Under the pieces are notes generated by a model. It was not told the origin of the DNA and did not search any database. It saw only the letters and a list, made by a program, of their open reading frames with translations. DNA of 64,000 bases, from positions 248,436,001 through 248,500,000 of the forward strand of contig NC_086097.1 of NCBI RefSeq assembly GCF_963921235.1, read 5' to 3'. Position 1 is the stretch's first letter; every line of letters starts with the position of its first letter. This document shows positions 63,801 to 64,000 of this stretch, piece after piece. The stretch comes from Mobula hypostoma (Eukaryota). Both the position numbers and the translations under genes were made by a program.

Positions 63801-64000
63801 ATGCTGCCTGACCTGCTGAGTTTTGTGTGTGTTATTTATAGTGCTGTTTAAGAAAACAAAATATTGGAAATTAAGAGGAGTGAACAGCACGAGCTCACTG
63901 ACAAGACTATAAAACAAAGGGGTAGAATTAGCCCACTTGGCACATTGAGTCTGTTCGTGGCTGATTGAAATGAAAAGTACACGCATTGAACTGAAACGTA
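60883..64000 (+). repeat. Segmental duplication copy X' (runs off the window end)
   Basis: Matches 40304-43523 but lacks the 120-bp insertion. Confidence 0.95.

Overview
Eukaryotic, repeat-dense vertebrate DNA; the repeat families suggest a cartilaginous fish, probably a ray or skate (inference). Two host genes are supported. The last three coding exons and 3' UTR of amphiphysin (AMPH) lie on the + strand (2630-13853, SH3 domain). A complete UPF0415/C7orf25 orthologue lies on the - strand, with a single coding exon at 31116-32372 and a probable CpG-rich first exon/promoter at about 39864-39985. Most of the rest is nested, decayed transposable elements: many CR1 LINEs, plus Rex1/Babar, L2, Tx1/L1, Penelope-like elements, Gypsy relics, a solo LTR, Tc1-type MITEs and a V-SINE. 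Highlights: (1) at least ten short (about 100-350 bp) Penelope-derived insertions carry a minimal type I hammerhead-ribozyme motif; several have target-site duplications, and one has its empty site preserved in a paralogous segment of this window. (2) A Tx1/L1 insertion is flanked by a ~1.4 kb direct duplication that looks like a giant TSD. (3) There is a local segmental duplication (40.3-43.5 kb vs 60.9-64 kb) with a second duplicated block in swapped order. (4) A polypyrimidine/polypurine switch region with a 44-bp minisatellite sits next to an unidentified ORF relic. Repeat boundaries are approximate unless a TSD or TIR is quoted.
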